Assembly: GCA_020072565.1 (NCBI GenBank)
Contig: JAIQGI010000010.1
Coordinates: forward strand, 64,592-128,591
Origin: Terriglobia bacterium
GTDB taxonomy: Bacteria; Acidobacteriota; UBA6911
DNA length: 64,000 bases
Reading direction: 5' to 3'
Of this stretch, positions 1 through 10,484 are shown piece after piece. The number at the start of each line of letters is the position of its first letter. Position 1 is the stretch's first letter. The notes beneath the pieces were generated by a model. The model was not told the DNA's origin, did no database searches, and worked only from the letters and a program-made list of their open reading frames with translations. Both the position numbers and the translations under genes were made by a program.

Positions 1-14
1 AGGGACCGCGCGTC

Positions 15-2768
15 ATGGCCCAGGCGCCCGATCTCATATCGACCCTCCTTACCGACTATAAGTGGCGGAGCATCGGGCCGGGCGCCGCCGGCGGCCGGAT
101 CACGGACGTGGAGGCACTCGATGCCGACTTCCGCTTTGCTATCGCGGCAGCCGCATCAGGGGGCGTCTGGAAAACAACCAACGCCGGCACAACCTGGACG
201 CCCATCTTCGATCATTACGGCGCCTCGTCGATCGGCGACATCGCGATCTTTCAGAAGGACCCGCGGATCTTGTGGGTCGGCACCGGCGAAGCCAACAATC
301 GCAATAGCGTCGCCTGGGGCGACGGCATCTACAAGTCGAGCGACGGCGGCCAGACCTTCCAAAACGCCGGACTCAAGGACACCTTCCAGATCGCACGCGT
401 CGTGACGCATCCGGCCGATCCCGACATCGTCTATGTTGCGGCCGTCGGCAATCTCTGGGGCTATACAGGCGATCGCGGGGTCTTCAAGACGGTCGACGGC
501 GGCAGAACGTGGCAGAAACTTACGAACGGTTTGCCCAACGACGGCAAGAGCGGCGCAACCGATCTCGCCATGGATCCCGGCAACCCGGAAGTGCTTTATG
601 CTGCGTTTTATCAGCGGCTGCGCACGCCGTGGCGCTTTGACAGCGGCGGCCCGAACGGCGGCATCTTCAAGACGACCGACGGCGGCAGGACATGGCAGAA
701 ACTGACGAAGGGGCTGCCGGCGGGCGACACGGGACGCATTGGCATTAATGTGTATCGTAAGAATCCAAAAATCATCATGGCGATCGTCGAGCATGGCTTC
801 CGGCCGCAGCGAGGATCCCCGGAATACGCCGATATGACCAAGCTCGGCTCGGGTATCTATCGATCCGAGGACGGCGGCGAGAGCTGGCAATACCTCAACC
901 GGTACAATAACCGCCCGTTCTACTACAGCCAGATTCGCATCAACCCCTCGGACGATCAGCTGGTGTACGTATTGACGACGAGCTTTCAGTGGTCGAAGGA
1001 CGGCGGCAAGACTTTCGCACAGGCGCCGGCCCCATTCGGGCCGAACTACGATCACCACGCAATGTGGATCGATCCGGCAATCAAGGATCGCTTCTACCTT
1101 GGCGACGACAAGGGGCTGGCGCTCACGCATGATCACGGTGCGACGTTCATCTTTTTTGACAACCTGCCGATTGCGCAGTTCTACAAGGTCAACGCCGACC
1201 TGCGCGAGCCGTATGCCGTCTATGGCGGGTTGCAGGACAACGGCTCGTGGGCGACCAGGAGCTTTACCCGCGATGCCCTCGGCATCCGCAACGATGCCGC
1301 ATGGAAGATGCACTGGGACGACGGCCAGTACGTGGCGATCGATCCCACCGACTGGCGCACGGTGTATTCGGAGGGGACTCAAGGCTCGTTCCGGGTCGTG
1401 GATCCTATCAGCCACACGGACACGGCACGCCGGGCGACGCCGCGCAACATCGTCAACTTCCAGGAGAGGACGGGCAAGGATCCATCCGCGCCAGACGCCT
1501 CTCAGGCGCTCCGATTCAATTGGACGACTCCTTTCATCATCTCGCCGCACGATCCCAAGGTCGTGTATTACGGCACCAACTATCTGCTGAAGACCACAGA
1601 CAAGGGCCTGACATGGCAGATCGTCAGCCCTGACCTGACGAAAAACGATCCTGCCAGGAATCAGCGGGGCTCGGGCGGGCTCACACCTGAAAATACGGGC
1701 GCAGAGGCCTACGCAACGATCTACTCGATTTCCGAGTCGCCGGTGGCCAGGGGGCTGATCTGGGCAGGCACCGACGACGGCAATGTCTGGGTGACGCGCG
1801 ATGGCGGCGCGAACTGGACCGAGGTCGACGCGGCTATTCCGGACGTGCCGAAGGGGTTGTGTGTGAGCCGCGTGGCGGCGTCGGCCGTCGATGCGAATAC
1901 AGCGTACGTCTCTTTCGACGGCCACAGAAGCGACAACCGCGCGGCGTGGTTATTCAGAACCACCGACGGAGGCAAGACGTGGGTGAGCCTGTCGGCCGGC
2001 CTCGCACCCGGTCAGCCGGTCTACGTTGTGGAAGAAGACGCAAGGAACCCGGACCTGCTGTTCGTAGGCACCGAGTTCGGATTGCAGGTGTCGTTGGACC
2101 GAGGGCACTCATGGCGCCCGATGATGAATGGCCTGCCGACCGTTGCAGTGTATGACATCGTCATTCATCCGCGCGACCGGGACGTCATCATCGGCACGCA
2201 CGGGCGCGGCATCTACATCCTCGACGACATCACCGCGCTCGAGGAGTGGCGCCCGGCGCTCGCGGCCAAGCCGGCGCATCTGTTCGTTCAACGTCCGGCG
2301 ACGATCTGGGAGGATCAAAGCCGCACCGGCCAAATGGGCGATAACACCTACGCGGGCCAGAATCCGCCGTATGTTCAACAGATCAACCTGGCTCAGCGCG
2401 ATCGCACGCATCTCGTGAACACGCCGCTCATCACCTTCTATCTGGGAGCCGGCGCGACCGGCACGGCCACGGTCGAGATCACGAGCCCCGATGGCCGGTC
2501 GCGCAAGCTCGCAGTCCCGGCCAGGCCGGGCATCATCCGGTACGCCTGGGACGGGCGCTTCGACGGAGCAGCGGGCGGCACGCCCCAAGGCCAGCGCGGC
2601 GGGCGCGGTGCCGGTGGTGCTGGTGCCACCGCGTCGGAGAGCGGGGGTCAAAGAGGCGCCGGTACCGCTCGTCCGGTGCCGGGCACCTACTCGCTGAGGC
2701 TCACACTCGGCAACAGCACGGCGACCGGAACGCTTGAGCTGAGGCCGGATCCTTTGCTGAAACAATGA
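15..2768 (+). CDS. VPS10/sortilin-like BNR (Asp-box) repeat beta-propeller protein, putative glycosyl hydrolase; probably 5'-truncated by the window edge
   Basis: N-terminal WRSIGP..GGRI motif and many Asp-box repeats (KTTNAGTTW, KTVDGGRTW, RSEDGGESW, TRDGGANW). The frame is open from base 3, so the signal peptide probably lies upstream. Confidence 0.88.
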   Translation: MAQAPDLISTLLTDYKWRSIGPGAAGGRITDVEALDADFRFAIAAAASGGVWKTTNAGTTWTPIFDHYGASSIGDIAIFQKDPRILWVGTGEANNRNSVAWGDGIYKSSDGGQTFQNAGLKDTFQIARVVTHPADPDIVYVAAVGNLWGYTGDRGVFKTVDGGRTWQKLTNGLPNDGKSGATDLAMDPGNPEVLYAAFYQRLRTPWRFDSGGPNGGIFKTTDGGRTWQKLTKGLPAGDTGRIGINVYRKNPKIIMAIVEHGFRPQRGSPEYADMTKLGSGIYRSEDGGESWQYLNRYNNRPFYYSQIRINPSDDQLVYVLTTSFQWSKDGGKTFAQAPAPFGPNYDHHAMWIDPAIKDRFYLGDDKGLALTHDHGATFIFFDNLPIAQFYKVNADLREPYAVYGGLQDNGSWATRSFTRDALGIRNDAAWKMHWDDGQYVAIDPTDWRTVYSEGTQGSFRVVDPISHTDTARRATPRNIVNFQERTGKDPSAPDASQALRFNWTTPFIISPHDPKVVYYGTNYLLKTTDKGLTWQIVSPDLTKNDPARNQRGSGGLTPENTGAEAYATIYSISESPVARGLIWAGTDDGNVWVTRDGGANWTEVDAAIPDVPKGLCVSRVAASAVDANTAYVSFDGHRSDNRAAWLFRTTDGGKTWVSLSAGLAPGQPVYVVEEDARNPDLLFVGTEFGLQVSLDRGHSWRPMMNGLPTVAVYDIVIHPRDRDVIIGTHGRGIYILDDITALEEWRPALAAKPAHLFVQRPATIWEDQSRTGQMGDNTYAGQNPPYVQQINLAQRDRTHLVNTPLITFYLGAGATGTATVEITSPDGRSRKLAVPARPGIIRYAWDGRFDGAAGGTPQGQRGGRGAGGAGATASESGGQRGAGTARPVPGTYSLRLTLGNSTATGTLELRPDPLLKQ

Positions 2769-2851
2769 CAGTTTCATGAAGATCACTCCCATCCGGGAAG
2801 ACATCGCAATTCCCTTGTACGGCAAGATAGGACGTCTTATAAGTCTCACAA

Positions 2852-2876
2852 CTCGATACGCGGATCGCGTGTCGAG
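2852..2876. other. Intergenic stem-loop
   Basis: CTCGATACGCG-GAT-CGCGTGTCGAG, 11-bp stem with one G-U pair and no U tract. Confidence 0.4.
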
Positions 2877-2967
2877 ACTCAGGATCAGAGCGGGAAAAAC
2901 GTCGCTTCACCGCGGTCGTGGATCTAAGAACCCGGGCTCGGACGCAGGCGGCAGGGAGAACAATTCT

Positions 2968-4971
2968 ATGAAAACGGCGAGAATCGTCTTCATTCTAAGT
3001 GTCGAGCTGGTACTCACAGCTACCTTGGGCTTAAAGTCGGCAGGCGTCCAGGATGCCGCGGTTCTTCAGAAGGCGGACCCTCCGGCAAATGCGGTCTGGG
3101 TCGACAGTCTCGACCTTGCCAGAGCATCCATCCGCCGGCCTCGCGCAGCACGCGGCCAGGCAACACCGCCTCCGCCCCTGACCTTCTCGCTCGGCGGCGC
3201 CGTCTACCCGCACGCCGTCCCGCTTCAGGCCAACGCGGACCTGGCGATCGATCTCAAAGGACAGGCGATCCGGTTCATGGCCATGGTCGGCATCGACGAT
3301 GAGCGCAAGTCCGGCCAGGGCTCGGTGACCTTCGATGTGTGGATCGACGGCAAGAAGGCTGCCGATTCGGGGCTCATGAAGAGCGGTGATGCGCCCAAAC
3401 TGCTCTCCGTTGATCTGAGAGGCGCCAAGCGCCTGATACTTGCGGTGGGCGACGGCGGCGACGGCACGCGTGACGACTCCGCAGACTGGGGCGGCGCGTT
3501 GATCGTGCTCGCAGAAGGAACCCAAGGGCGGCCGGAGACGATTGTTTTGCCGATCGAGCCTCCGCCTGCCATCGCGCCAAGCCGAACCCCGCAGACCAGC
3601 ATAAATGAACCGCGCGTTACCGGTGCAACGCCGGGCCGGCCCTTCCTCTTCCTGATCCCCGCCTCGGGCGACGGGCCGCTGACTTTCGCGGCAAAGAATC
3701 TGCCCACCGGCCTCACTCTCGATCCGAAGACAGGCATCATTACGGGTACATTGAAGCAGGCGGGAAAAACCGTCGTCGAGCTGACTGTGAACGGTCCCAG
3801 GGGGAAGGCGACGAGTACGCTGACGATCGTCGGTGGTGACCGCACGCTGGCGCTGACACCGCCGCTGGGATGGAATTCGTGGAACGTCTGGGGTGGTGTC
3901 GTTGACGACGCGAAGGTGCGTGCGGCCGCTGACGGCATGGTGAGCAGCGGACTGGCGGCGCAGGGCTACACTTACATCAACATCGATGACGCGTGGGAGG
4001 GATCCCGCGACGCCAACGGCGAGATCACCACCAACGAGAAGTTTCCTGATATGAAGGCGCTCGCCGACTACGTTCACAGCAAGGGGCTGAAGATCGGCAT
4101 CTACTCATCTCCCGGGCCGCGCACCTGCCAGCAGAAGTACGCCGGCAGCTGGCAGCACGAGGAACAGGATGCGGCGACGTACGCGAAGTGGGGCTTCGAT
4201 TACCTGAAGTACGACTGGTGCTCCTACAGCGAGATCGCGCCGAATCCGACCCTCGAAGATCGCCAGAAGCCCTATCGGGTGATGCGCTCCGCGCTCGACA
4301 AACTCTCCCGTGATGTCGTCTACAGCCTTTGCCAGTATGGCGCGGGGAATGTGTGGGAATGGGGAGAGCAGGTGGGAGGCAACCTCTGGCGTATGACCGG
4401 CGACATCACCGACACGTGGTCCAGCATGGCGGGCATCGGTTTTGCCCAGACCGGGCGCGAGAAGTACGCAGGGCCGGGCCACTGGAACGACACGGATATG
4501 CTCGTGGTGGGAAAGGTCGGCTGGGGGCGCGACCTCCGCGACAGCAGGCTGACGCCGAACGAGCAGATCACGCATATCACGCTGTGGACTCTGCAGGCGG
4601 CCCCGATGCTGATAGGCGCGGACATGTCCCGGCTCGAGCGTTTCACCATCGATCTGCTGGGCAATCGCGAGGTGTTGGCCGTAAGCCAGGATGTGCTCGG
4701 CAGACCGGCCGGACGCATCGTCGGCGACGGCCGGACCGAAATCTGGGCGCGGCCGCTCTCGGACGGGACCATGGCTGTCGGCTTGTTCAACCGTGGTCCC
4801 GAGGCGACCCGAGTCACAGCCAGGTTCTCCGACCTGGGTCTGAAAGGCAGTCAGCCGGTGCGCGACCTGTGGCTGCAAAAGAATCTCGGCAGCGCGAGCA
4901 ATGAGTTCTCGGCAACCGTGCCCCGGCATGGCGCCGTGCTCGTCAAGATCGGACAGCCGTCGCGGAAATAA
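2968..4971 (+). CDS. GH27 alpha-galactosidase with N-terminal NPCBM domain and putative Ig domain
   Basis: GH27 motifs TPPLGWNSWN, YINIDDAW, DYLKYDWC, WRMTGDI, GHWNDTDML. NPCBM-like VGIDD..SVTFDV..DGK and Ig-like LPTGLTLDPKTGIITGT. Start moved to ATG 2968 (GGGAG RBS, signal-like MKTARIVFIL). Confidence 0.92.
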   Translation: MKTARIVFILSVELVLTATLGLKSAGVQDAAVLQKADPPANAVWVDSLDLARASIRRPRAARGQATPPPPLTFSLGGAVYPHAVPLQANADLAIDLKGQAIRFMAMVGIDDERKSGQGSVTFDVWIDGKKAADSGLMKSGDAPKLLSVDLRGAKRLILAVGDGGDGTRDDSADWGGALIVLAEGTQGRPETIVLPIEPPPAIAPSRTPQTSINEPRVTGATPGRPFLFLIPASGDGPLTFAAKNLPTGLTLDPKTGIITGTLKQAGKTVVELTVNGPRGKATSTLTIVGGDRTLALTPPLGWNSWNVWGGVVDDAKVRAAADGMVSSGLAAQGYTYINIDDAWEGSRDANGEITTNEKFPDMKALADYVHSKGLKIGIYSSPGPRTCQQKYAGSWQHEEQDAATYAKWGFDYLKYDWCSYSEIAPNPTLEDRQKPYRVMRSALDKLSRDVVYSLCQYGAGNVWEWGEQVGGNLWRMTGDITDTWSSMAGIGFAQTGREKYAGPGHWNDTDMLVVGKVGWGRDLRDSRLTPNEQITHITLWTLQAAPMLIGADMSRLERFTIDLLGNREVLAVSQDVLGRPAGRIVGDGRTEIWARPLSDGTMAVGLFNRGPEATRVTARFSDLGLKGSQPVRDLWLQKNLGSASNEFSATVPRHGAVLVKIGQPSRK

Positions 4972-4990
4972 TCCCCGGTAACTCAGAAGC

Positions 4991-5026
4991 CACGAAATAC
5001 ACGAAACGGAATTTGTGTATTTCGTG
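4991..5026. repeat. Periodic (9-bp) inverted repeat, REP-like family A; possible terminator
   Basis: CACGAAATACACGAA...TTTGTGTATTTCGTG directly after the stop codon. Confidence 0.7.
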
Positions 5027-5191
5027 ATTGCACAAGGGCATCCTGAGATCAGGACATTCGAACCCACCGGATGAGAGTGCCGGACGAGGGGGGCTTGCCG
5101 AACATCATCGAGTTCAAGCCCGCCCCGGGCATTGCGAAAGCTGCGCTTCCTCTCCCCGGCCGCCCGATCTGAGAAAGCATTGAATGGAGCG

Positions 5192-5205
5192 TTGAACATG
5201 TTCAA
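5192..5205. promoter_or_regulatory. Perfect 14-bp palindrome, candidate operator
   Basis: TTGAACATGTTCAA upstream of the 5340 gene. Confidence 0.4.
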
Positions 5206-5301
5206 GGGGGGATTTGTTGCCATATGAAGCCGATCTCCTCGCAGCTTACTCCGCTGCAAGGCTCCGGGCGAAATCCTGATAAATAACGCAGAACGTCGAC
5301 C

Positions 5302-5315
5302 GATCCAATTGGATC
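5302..5315. promoter_or_regulatory. Perfect 14-bp palindrome, candidate operator
   Basis: GATCCAATTGGATC, 24 bp before ATG 5340. Confidence 0.4.
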
Positions 5316-5339
5316 ACAATCCTTCAAGAAGGAGGAATC

Positions 5340-5741
5340 ATGCGAGCGCCGCTTCGGATTCGCAAGTTACAAACAGCTGGTGCCGATGTAACGGAAGGCA
5401 GACAAGCCCCAGGCGACATGTACATGGCGCGGCTTGTCAAATTGATTCCATCCGAAGTCATCGGCATCTTCGTCGCGGGCAAGGGCTACGCCGAAAAATG
5501 GCTCGGAATCTGGTCGCTCATTTGTCTGGCGCTTGTGTTTGTCAGTCGCATCTTGGGCACGAGCGAACCAGCCAAAAGGGTTCAGTGGTGGGGCGTGGGG
5601 GTCTCGGCGGTATCGTTCGTAATCTGGGTCTATGCGATTGGCGCAAACATTCTGGATTTTCAACTAAGTGACAAAGGTGTTGCCTATATCGCCGTCCTCC
5701 TCTGGACGTTCGCCGTCCCCTATCTCTATAAAGGCGATTGA
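5340..5741 (+). CDS. Small integral membrane protein of unknown function
   Basis: AAGGAGG RBS, YMARLVKLIPSEV motif, then 3-4 hydrophobic helices. Confidence 0.8.
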   Translation: MRAPLRIRKLQTAGADVTEGRQAPGDMYMARLVKLIPSEVIGIFVAGKGYAEKWLGIWSLICLALVFVSRILGTSEPAKRVQWWGVGVSAVSFVIWVYAIGANILDFQLSDKGVAYIAVLLWTFAVPYLYKGD

Positions 5742-5765
5742 GTCCTCTCTCAGTGGTAAGCATAA

Positions 5766-8288
5766 TTACGTAGAGGAACGTTCCATCAAGTCAACTTCAT
5801 GGAAGGTCCTGGCGGACCGATCAACGGCAAAAGATTTCAGCTCGAATGCGCGCAGTTCAATGGGATGTTCTATGGCCAGAGCCGGAATTGTGACGATCAC
5901 GGGCTGGGGGCGGCCGGTTGTTTCAAAGAGACGCAGAATGATGTGCTTTCCGTCTTCGGACAACTTCCACGCCCCGAGCTGTATTGCCGGATTTGACAAG
6001 CGAATTCCAGCGACGGGCATCTCCCCTCCTCCGGAAGGAAACACACAAAGTGCGAGACACGGCTCATTTTTAAAGCCGGCTTCCTTAGATATCCGCTCAA
6101 ATCGATCATGCGCCGGGCCACAATTCATCCAGAAGGTAAACTTGTGCTCTCCCTGATCCATGCGGGCTTCGAAACGATCCTGCCGCACAATCGGCGTGAG
6201 GTCATTTATCGGGTGTCCGGAATAGGCCGCAGATCGAAGCAGTGAGAGACGCAGTTCCCCATCTTTGAAATCAAAACCGTAGGTTCGATCATTGATCACT
6301 GTCAGGGCGTATTCCTGATTCGCGGATTGAATTGCCAGCCATTTTTGGGCAACCTGCTCATCTCCATCGGGTGCGAACTCCTCCACACCGTATGGCACCT
6401 GTCCAAAACACCGGCCGTCATGATAATGAGTCGGGATCGAAAGCTTGAGCATCCGGTCCTTCTCCTCCCAGAATACACGCACTTCCAGTTCAATCTCACT
6501 TCCTCTCGCAGGAATACGGTAGCGTAGCAGCATTCGGGAGAAATTGTATCGAAGCATAACTTCGACAACGCTTCGCACCGGCCCGCGTTCGATCACCCGA
6601 ACCGGAGGGAGAGTCTCTGAATCGACGCCGCTAAATTCCGCTGCTTCTTGACCGGTCATTAATCGAAAGATCCCAGTGCGATTACGGAACGAGCTTACGT
6701 TCATTCCCCAGGGATCGGCGTTGTCTCTCATGACCATGGGCAAAAATGCGCCGTGACGCAGCACCTCCTCACCCCGCACCCGATAACGGTCGATCAATCC
6801 GGTACTACCGTTGATTTCCACAAGGCAGTCCTCGTTTTGAAACACCAGATTGGCGACATCTGCCGGGACCCTCTCTGCCACAGGATTCAGAACAGGCACT
6901 TTGCGCAATCGGCAGGAAAATCGGTGCATCGCAGAGGCACGCAGCGGGCTTGTGAAAACGATCCGCTTCCGTTGGTCGATTGCGATATTACAGCTCTCTT
7001 TTTCAAGCTGAACAGGTATGGTGTTGCCATGCTCGTCAAATAGTTCGGGCCTCCAGAAAGTGGACTTATCGAAATTCGGTTCTGGAGGCTGAAACTCACA
7101 AATAACGGTATCCTCACCATCATGCGGGTGCGAATTATAGACAAAGATGGGAAATTCCCCATCGCCCGCTTCCGGTTGTCCGGACAGGAATTTGAAGAAT
7201 ACGTCTGCGCGGACTCGAGCAAGAATTTCCAGGCTATGGTGGAGTTTCTGCAGCACCGATTCTTCCACTTCGGCGACTGATGTGCCGGATAGTGAATCGT
7301 GAAATTCGCAGAATAGCAATTCCTCCAGGGCCCGGCGAAGCTCAGGTTGGGGGTAGTCGGCACCAATTTGCAGAAACGCATTCATCGCCATGCGCTCGGT
7401 CATGAAGAAAGCATTCTCGAGTTGGCGGTGCTTGCCTTTGACCCGCGCCATGGAGGTATAGCAACCTACTCCCCAGGGATTCAATCCTGTCCTGACACGA
7501 TTCAACGAATCCACACGGGATTGCAGCCAGTCAAAGTATTCTTCAGGGGTCCCGTGTTCGATGGTTCGCCGGGTTTCTTCCGATCGCAGACGAGCGATCT
7601 GCAGTAAATCCTCGCGCGACGGGCCGCCACCATGATTACCGATTCCCCACAGCAACAAGCCGACGCACCGATCGGAATTTGCATCGAGCCATTTTTGAAC
7701 CTTCGCACCGGCCTTGCCCGATTCAGAATTGTAATGGTCCGGCGGACGATGGCAGAGTATCTCCGATCTGTTATATCCCACCCAGACAAAGTCGGGATTA
7801 TCCAGCGCAAATGTGCTTTCTCCCGGCCGGCAAAACAGGTATCCCCGGTAACCGGATTTGACGAGAATCTGCACTAAGCCGCGTGAGTGCCCGAATGGAT
7901 CCAGGTTTACCCCGACCGTCGGTTCGACCCCGAACTTTTTCAGAAAGTATCGTTTGCCGGCCAAAATCTGGCGCACGAACGATTCGCCACACGGAAGATT
8001 GCAGTCTGGCTGCAGGTACCAGCCCCCCATGATGTGCCATTTCTTTGCGGCAACCAGTTGTTGGATCCTGCGAAACAGTTCCGGCTCGTGTTCCTCCACC
8101 CATAGATAGAGCAACGCCTCGTTGTGACAAAACACGAAGCTGTCGAACTCCTCGCAAAAACGCGCGGCCATCCGGAATGTCGACAGCGTCTCGGCCAGCC
8201 CTTCTTCCCAATTCCATAACCATACCGGGTCCAGGTGGGCGTTACAGACGAGGTAGAGTTTCTTTTCCGAGGTTTTATTCATATCCAT
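5766..8288 (-). CDS. GH38 alpha-mannosidase-family glycosidase (cytoplasmic)
   Basis: Zn-binding NAHLDPVWLW, GGWYLQPD, nucleophile motif LDPFGHS, GNHGGGP, FHDSLSGTS. No signal peptide. Confidence 0.93.
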   Translation of the reverse strand: MDMNKTSEKKLYLVCNAHLDPVWLWNWEEGLAETLSTFRMAARFCEEFDSFVFCHNEALLYLWVEEHEPELFRRIQQLVAAKKWHIMGGWYLQPDCNLPCGESFVRQILAGKRYFLKKFGVEPTVGVNLDPFGHSRGLVQILVKSGYRGYLFCRPGESTFALDNPDFVWVGYNRSEILCHRPPDHYNSESGKAGAKVQKWLDANSDRCVGLLLWGIGNHGGGPSREDLLQIARLRSEETRRTIEHGTPEEYFDWLQSRVDSLNRVRTGLNPWGVGCYTSMARVKGKHRQLENAFFMTERMAMNAFLQIGADYPQPELRRALEELLFCEFHDSLSGTSVAEVEESVLQKLHHSLEILARVRADVFFKFLSGQPEAGDGEFPIFVYNSHPHDGEDTVICEFQPPEPNFDKSTFWRPELFDEHGNTIPVQLEKESCNIAIDQRKRIVFTSPLRASAMHRFSCRLRKVPVLNPVAERVPADVANLVFQNEDCLVEINGSTGLIDRYRVRGEEVLRHGAFLPMVMRDNADPWGMNVSSFRNRTGIFRLMTGQEAAEFSGVDSETLPPVRVIERGPVRSVVEVMLRYNFSRMLLRYRIPARGSEIELEVRVFWEEKDRMLKLSIPTHYHDGRCFGQVPYGVEEFAPDGDEQVAQKWLAIQSANQEYALTVINDRTYGFDFKDGELRLSLLRSAAYSGHPINDLTPIVRQDRFEARMDQGEHKFTFWMNCGPAHDRFERISKEAGFKNEPCLALCVFPSGGGEMPVAGIRLSNPAIQLGAWKLSEDGKHIILRLFETTGRPQPVIVTIPALAIEHPIELRAFELKSFAVDRSARTFHEVDLMERSST

Positions 8289-10319
8289 TCATGCGCCTTG
8301 CGGGATCCTTCCCTCTATAAAGATGTCTTCACCTACAAAGGGAATCCTCACAGATTCGCCATCCGCCTTGACCGGACTCGAGTTGATATGAAATTGCGGT
8401 CTATCGATCAGGTCATCCTGGGAGAAGGTGAATCCTATGCGGCGCTCCCGGAATGGCATGCTTCCCTCGACATAGTTCAATCCCGGAAGCAAGCGCGGAC
8501 GAATTCGGATTGAGTTCTCCTCCGGCTGGAATCCCATTATGTTTTTGACGACCAGCATGACGACTTCAGCCCAATTCCAGGGCACGATCCCGTTTTGCGC
8601 GTAGGGTGGCGCAATTCGATTGCCATACATCTCGAAAAAGGCGCCCGCCGGATATTGAGGCAACGAAGCCAGCCAATCGATCACGCGCTGGACTTTCTCA
8701 TACTCACGCAGCTCCAGGTAGGCTCGGGCAATGTAGAGGGAGGCAAATGGCCACGGCCCGGCAGAATCGGGATCGGAATCCATGTGATAGCGGCCATACC
8801 CACCCATCTTCCAACCTTGATTCCATAAAGCTTCCAGTTGATCCATGGTTGTGCGGGCAATCTGAGATTCCGGAGAAACAAAACCGAGTACGATTGGCAG
8901 TGCCGACGCACTGTCAGGATCAAGCGGGTGTGGAATATCGCGAGCAAGTCCCACCTGCTCCGGCAGGCCGGCATTCGCCTTTGGAACGATGAACTCCTGG
9001 ATGGAACCATCGATTCCTCGGCGCTTGAAAAGTCCCCGTTCGCAGACCAGTGCATGAGTTGGATGGTGCAAAACCATGTCTTTCAATCGCTCCGCCTCCG
9101 ACTGCCAACGCTCCGCTTCCGGAAATTTCCCGATTTTCCGCGCCAGGTTGGCGGCGGCCGCCAACCCGATCGAAACGAATACCTGATACATCAACTCAAT
9201 ACCGGGCTCGATGCCGTAAATACTGTGCCGCTCCCAGTAATCCCGTTGATTGAACAGCAATCCCGAAACCGGCTCACGAAAAACCGGCCGTAAGGGAAAC
9301 TCGGCCGTGAGGAAAATCCGATTCCAGTTCGATTCCACAATGCTGAGATCTCCGGTCCAGAGCACATACTCAGAGAGTACGTGCAGCAGCGTTCCATTCT
9401 GGTCCAGTTCAGCGTCGGCAGGTTCGCGTATTTCACTGGAATCAACGGCGGATCCCTCGTCGGAAATGAACTCCCGCAGTAATCGCGTCAGCATTACTCT
9501 GGCAAGCCGAAAGTGACCGCACAGAATGATCGCGTGTATCATGAAGGACTGATCGCGAACCCATTCCCGGTTGTATTGCCAGATGCCGGCGTCGATCCTG
9601 CCGGTTCTGGAAATCACCGCCGGCAATTGCCGGGCGGCGGTTTGAAACAGGTGATCGATGGAAGCTGATGCCAACCGTATTTGCGCAGCCTCACTCCAAT
9701 ATAGAGCGCTCTCGCGATCCGAGGGTTTTGGATCCTTGAATTCCAATTCAATTCTCCGCCCGCTTTCGTCGATCGAATAGAGGATGAGTAGCTCCTTTTC
9801 ACATCTTGCATTCAGATGGACGCTTCGGAAGATCGATTGGGACCGGATTCCGGTTGCGATCGAGTAAAGCATTGGAACAGGCAGCGGATTCAGCAATCGG
9901 ATTTCACGGGCGATGCGCGGGGTGGAACGATCAGGACAATAAAACAGCTCGGATATCTCCAGCCCCTCTGTCCTCCAATCCACCCGAACGCGGGGCAATT
10001 CAAGGTCATTATCCCAGCTGACACTCAAATCCGTTCTCTCCAAAGGAAAATCGATCCCGCCCCGGCAGATGCACAGCATCGTTTTTTCAATACCCGTATC
10101 CGGATCGAAGGAGAGCGCTTCCCTCTTCATTCCGAGTTCCCGCGGGTTCATCACCAACAGACCGTAAGGAGAACCTTCGCCGGCCGGTGCATGCTGAACC
10201 GCACCTTGTATCAATCCGTTACCGATAAAAAAATAGCGGACATCACGCAACCGAGTCCTTACGTCAGGAGGACCCACGTTCGGATCATCGTGATAAACAT
10301 GCTCTTCGACATTGATCAT
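8289..10319 (-). CDS. Six-hairpin (alpha/alpha)6 glycosidase, GH15-like
   Basis: YNREWVRD, ELDQNG, DYWER and C-terminal PWNWAE motifs. Abuts the GH38 start. Confidence 0.75.
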   Translation of the reverse strand: MINVEEHVYHDDPNVGPPDVRTRLRDVRYFFIGNGLIQGAVQHAPAGEGSPYGLLVMNPRELGMKREALSFDPDTGIEKTMLCICRGGIDFPLERTDLSVSWDNDLELPRVRVDWRTEGLEISELFYCPDRSTPRIAREIRLLNPLPVPMLYSIATGIRSQSIFRSVHLNARCEKELLILYSIDESGRRIELEFKDPKPSDRESALYWSEAAQIRLASASIDHLFQTAARQLPAVISRTGRIDAGIWQYNREWVRDQSFMIHAIILCGHFRLARVMLTRLLREFISDEGSAVDSSEIREPADAELDQNGTLLHVLSEYVLWTGDLSIVESNWNRIFLTAEFPLRPVFREPVSGLLFNQRDYWERHSIYGIEPGIELMYQVFVSIGLAAAANLARKIGKFPEAERWQSEAERLKDMVLHHPTHALVCERGLFKRRGIDGSIQEFIVPKANAGLPEQVGLARDIPHPLDPDSASALPIVLGFVSPESQIARTTMDQLEALWNQGWKMGGYGRYHMDSDPDSAGPWPFASLYIARAYLELREYEKVQRVIDWLASLPQYPAGAFFEMYGNRIAPPYAQNGIVPWNWAEVVMLVVKNIMGFQPEENSIRIRPRLLPGLNYVEGSMPFRERRIGFTFSQDDLIDRPQFHINSSPVKADGESVRIPFVGEDIFIEGRIPQGA

Positions 10320-10400
10320 TCTGCCCGCCTGTTTTGCTGCTCTCCGGGAAAAAAGACGACCAGGCCTTGCTGGTACACATGGGTATCCGCGTTTTTTATT

Positions 10401-10459
10401 TGAGCCTTTGATGTGGAGCGCGTGAAAGCCGGCTCAAAGACTCAAAGACCCTGGGACTC
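10401..10459. repeat. Periodic (8-bp) degenerate inverted repeat, REP-like family A
   Basis: TGAGCCTTTG...CTCAAAGACTCAAAGACCCTGGGACTC, nearly identical to the arm at about 26239-26265. Confidence 0.65.
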
Positions 10460-10484
10460 TGAATCCACACCGCCTCATGGGCAT

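Noticed and set aside
156..1925. 589-aa antisense ORF
   Set aside because: Shadow of the VPS10 gene in GC-rich DNA, with no motifs.
2776..2967. N-terminal extension of the GH27 ORF
   Set aside because: The RBS and signal peptide point to ATG 2968. Similar over-extended starts were trimmed at 20991, 34436, 38241, 40125 and 58798.
5048..5075. TTCGAACCC, tRNA T-arm-like on the minus strand
   Set aside because: No cloverleaf or acceptor stem could be built.
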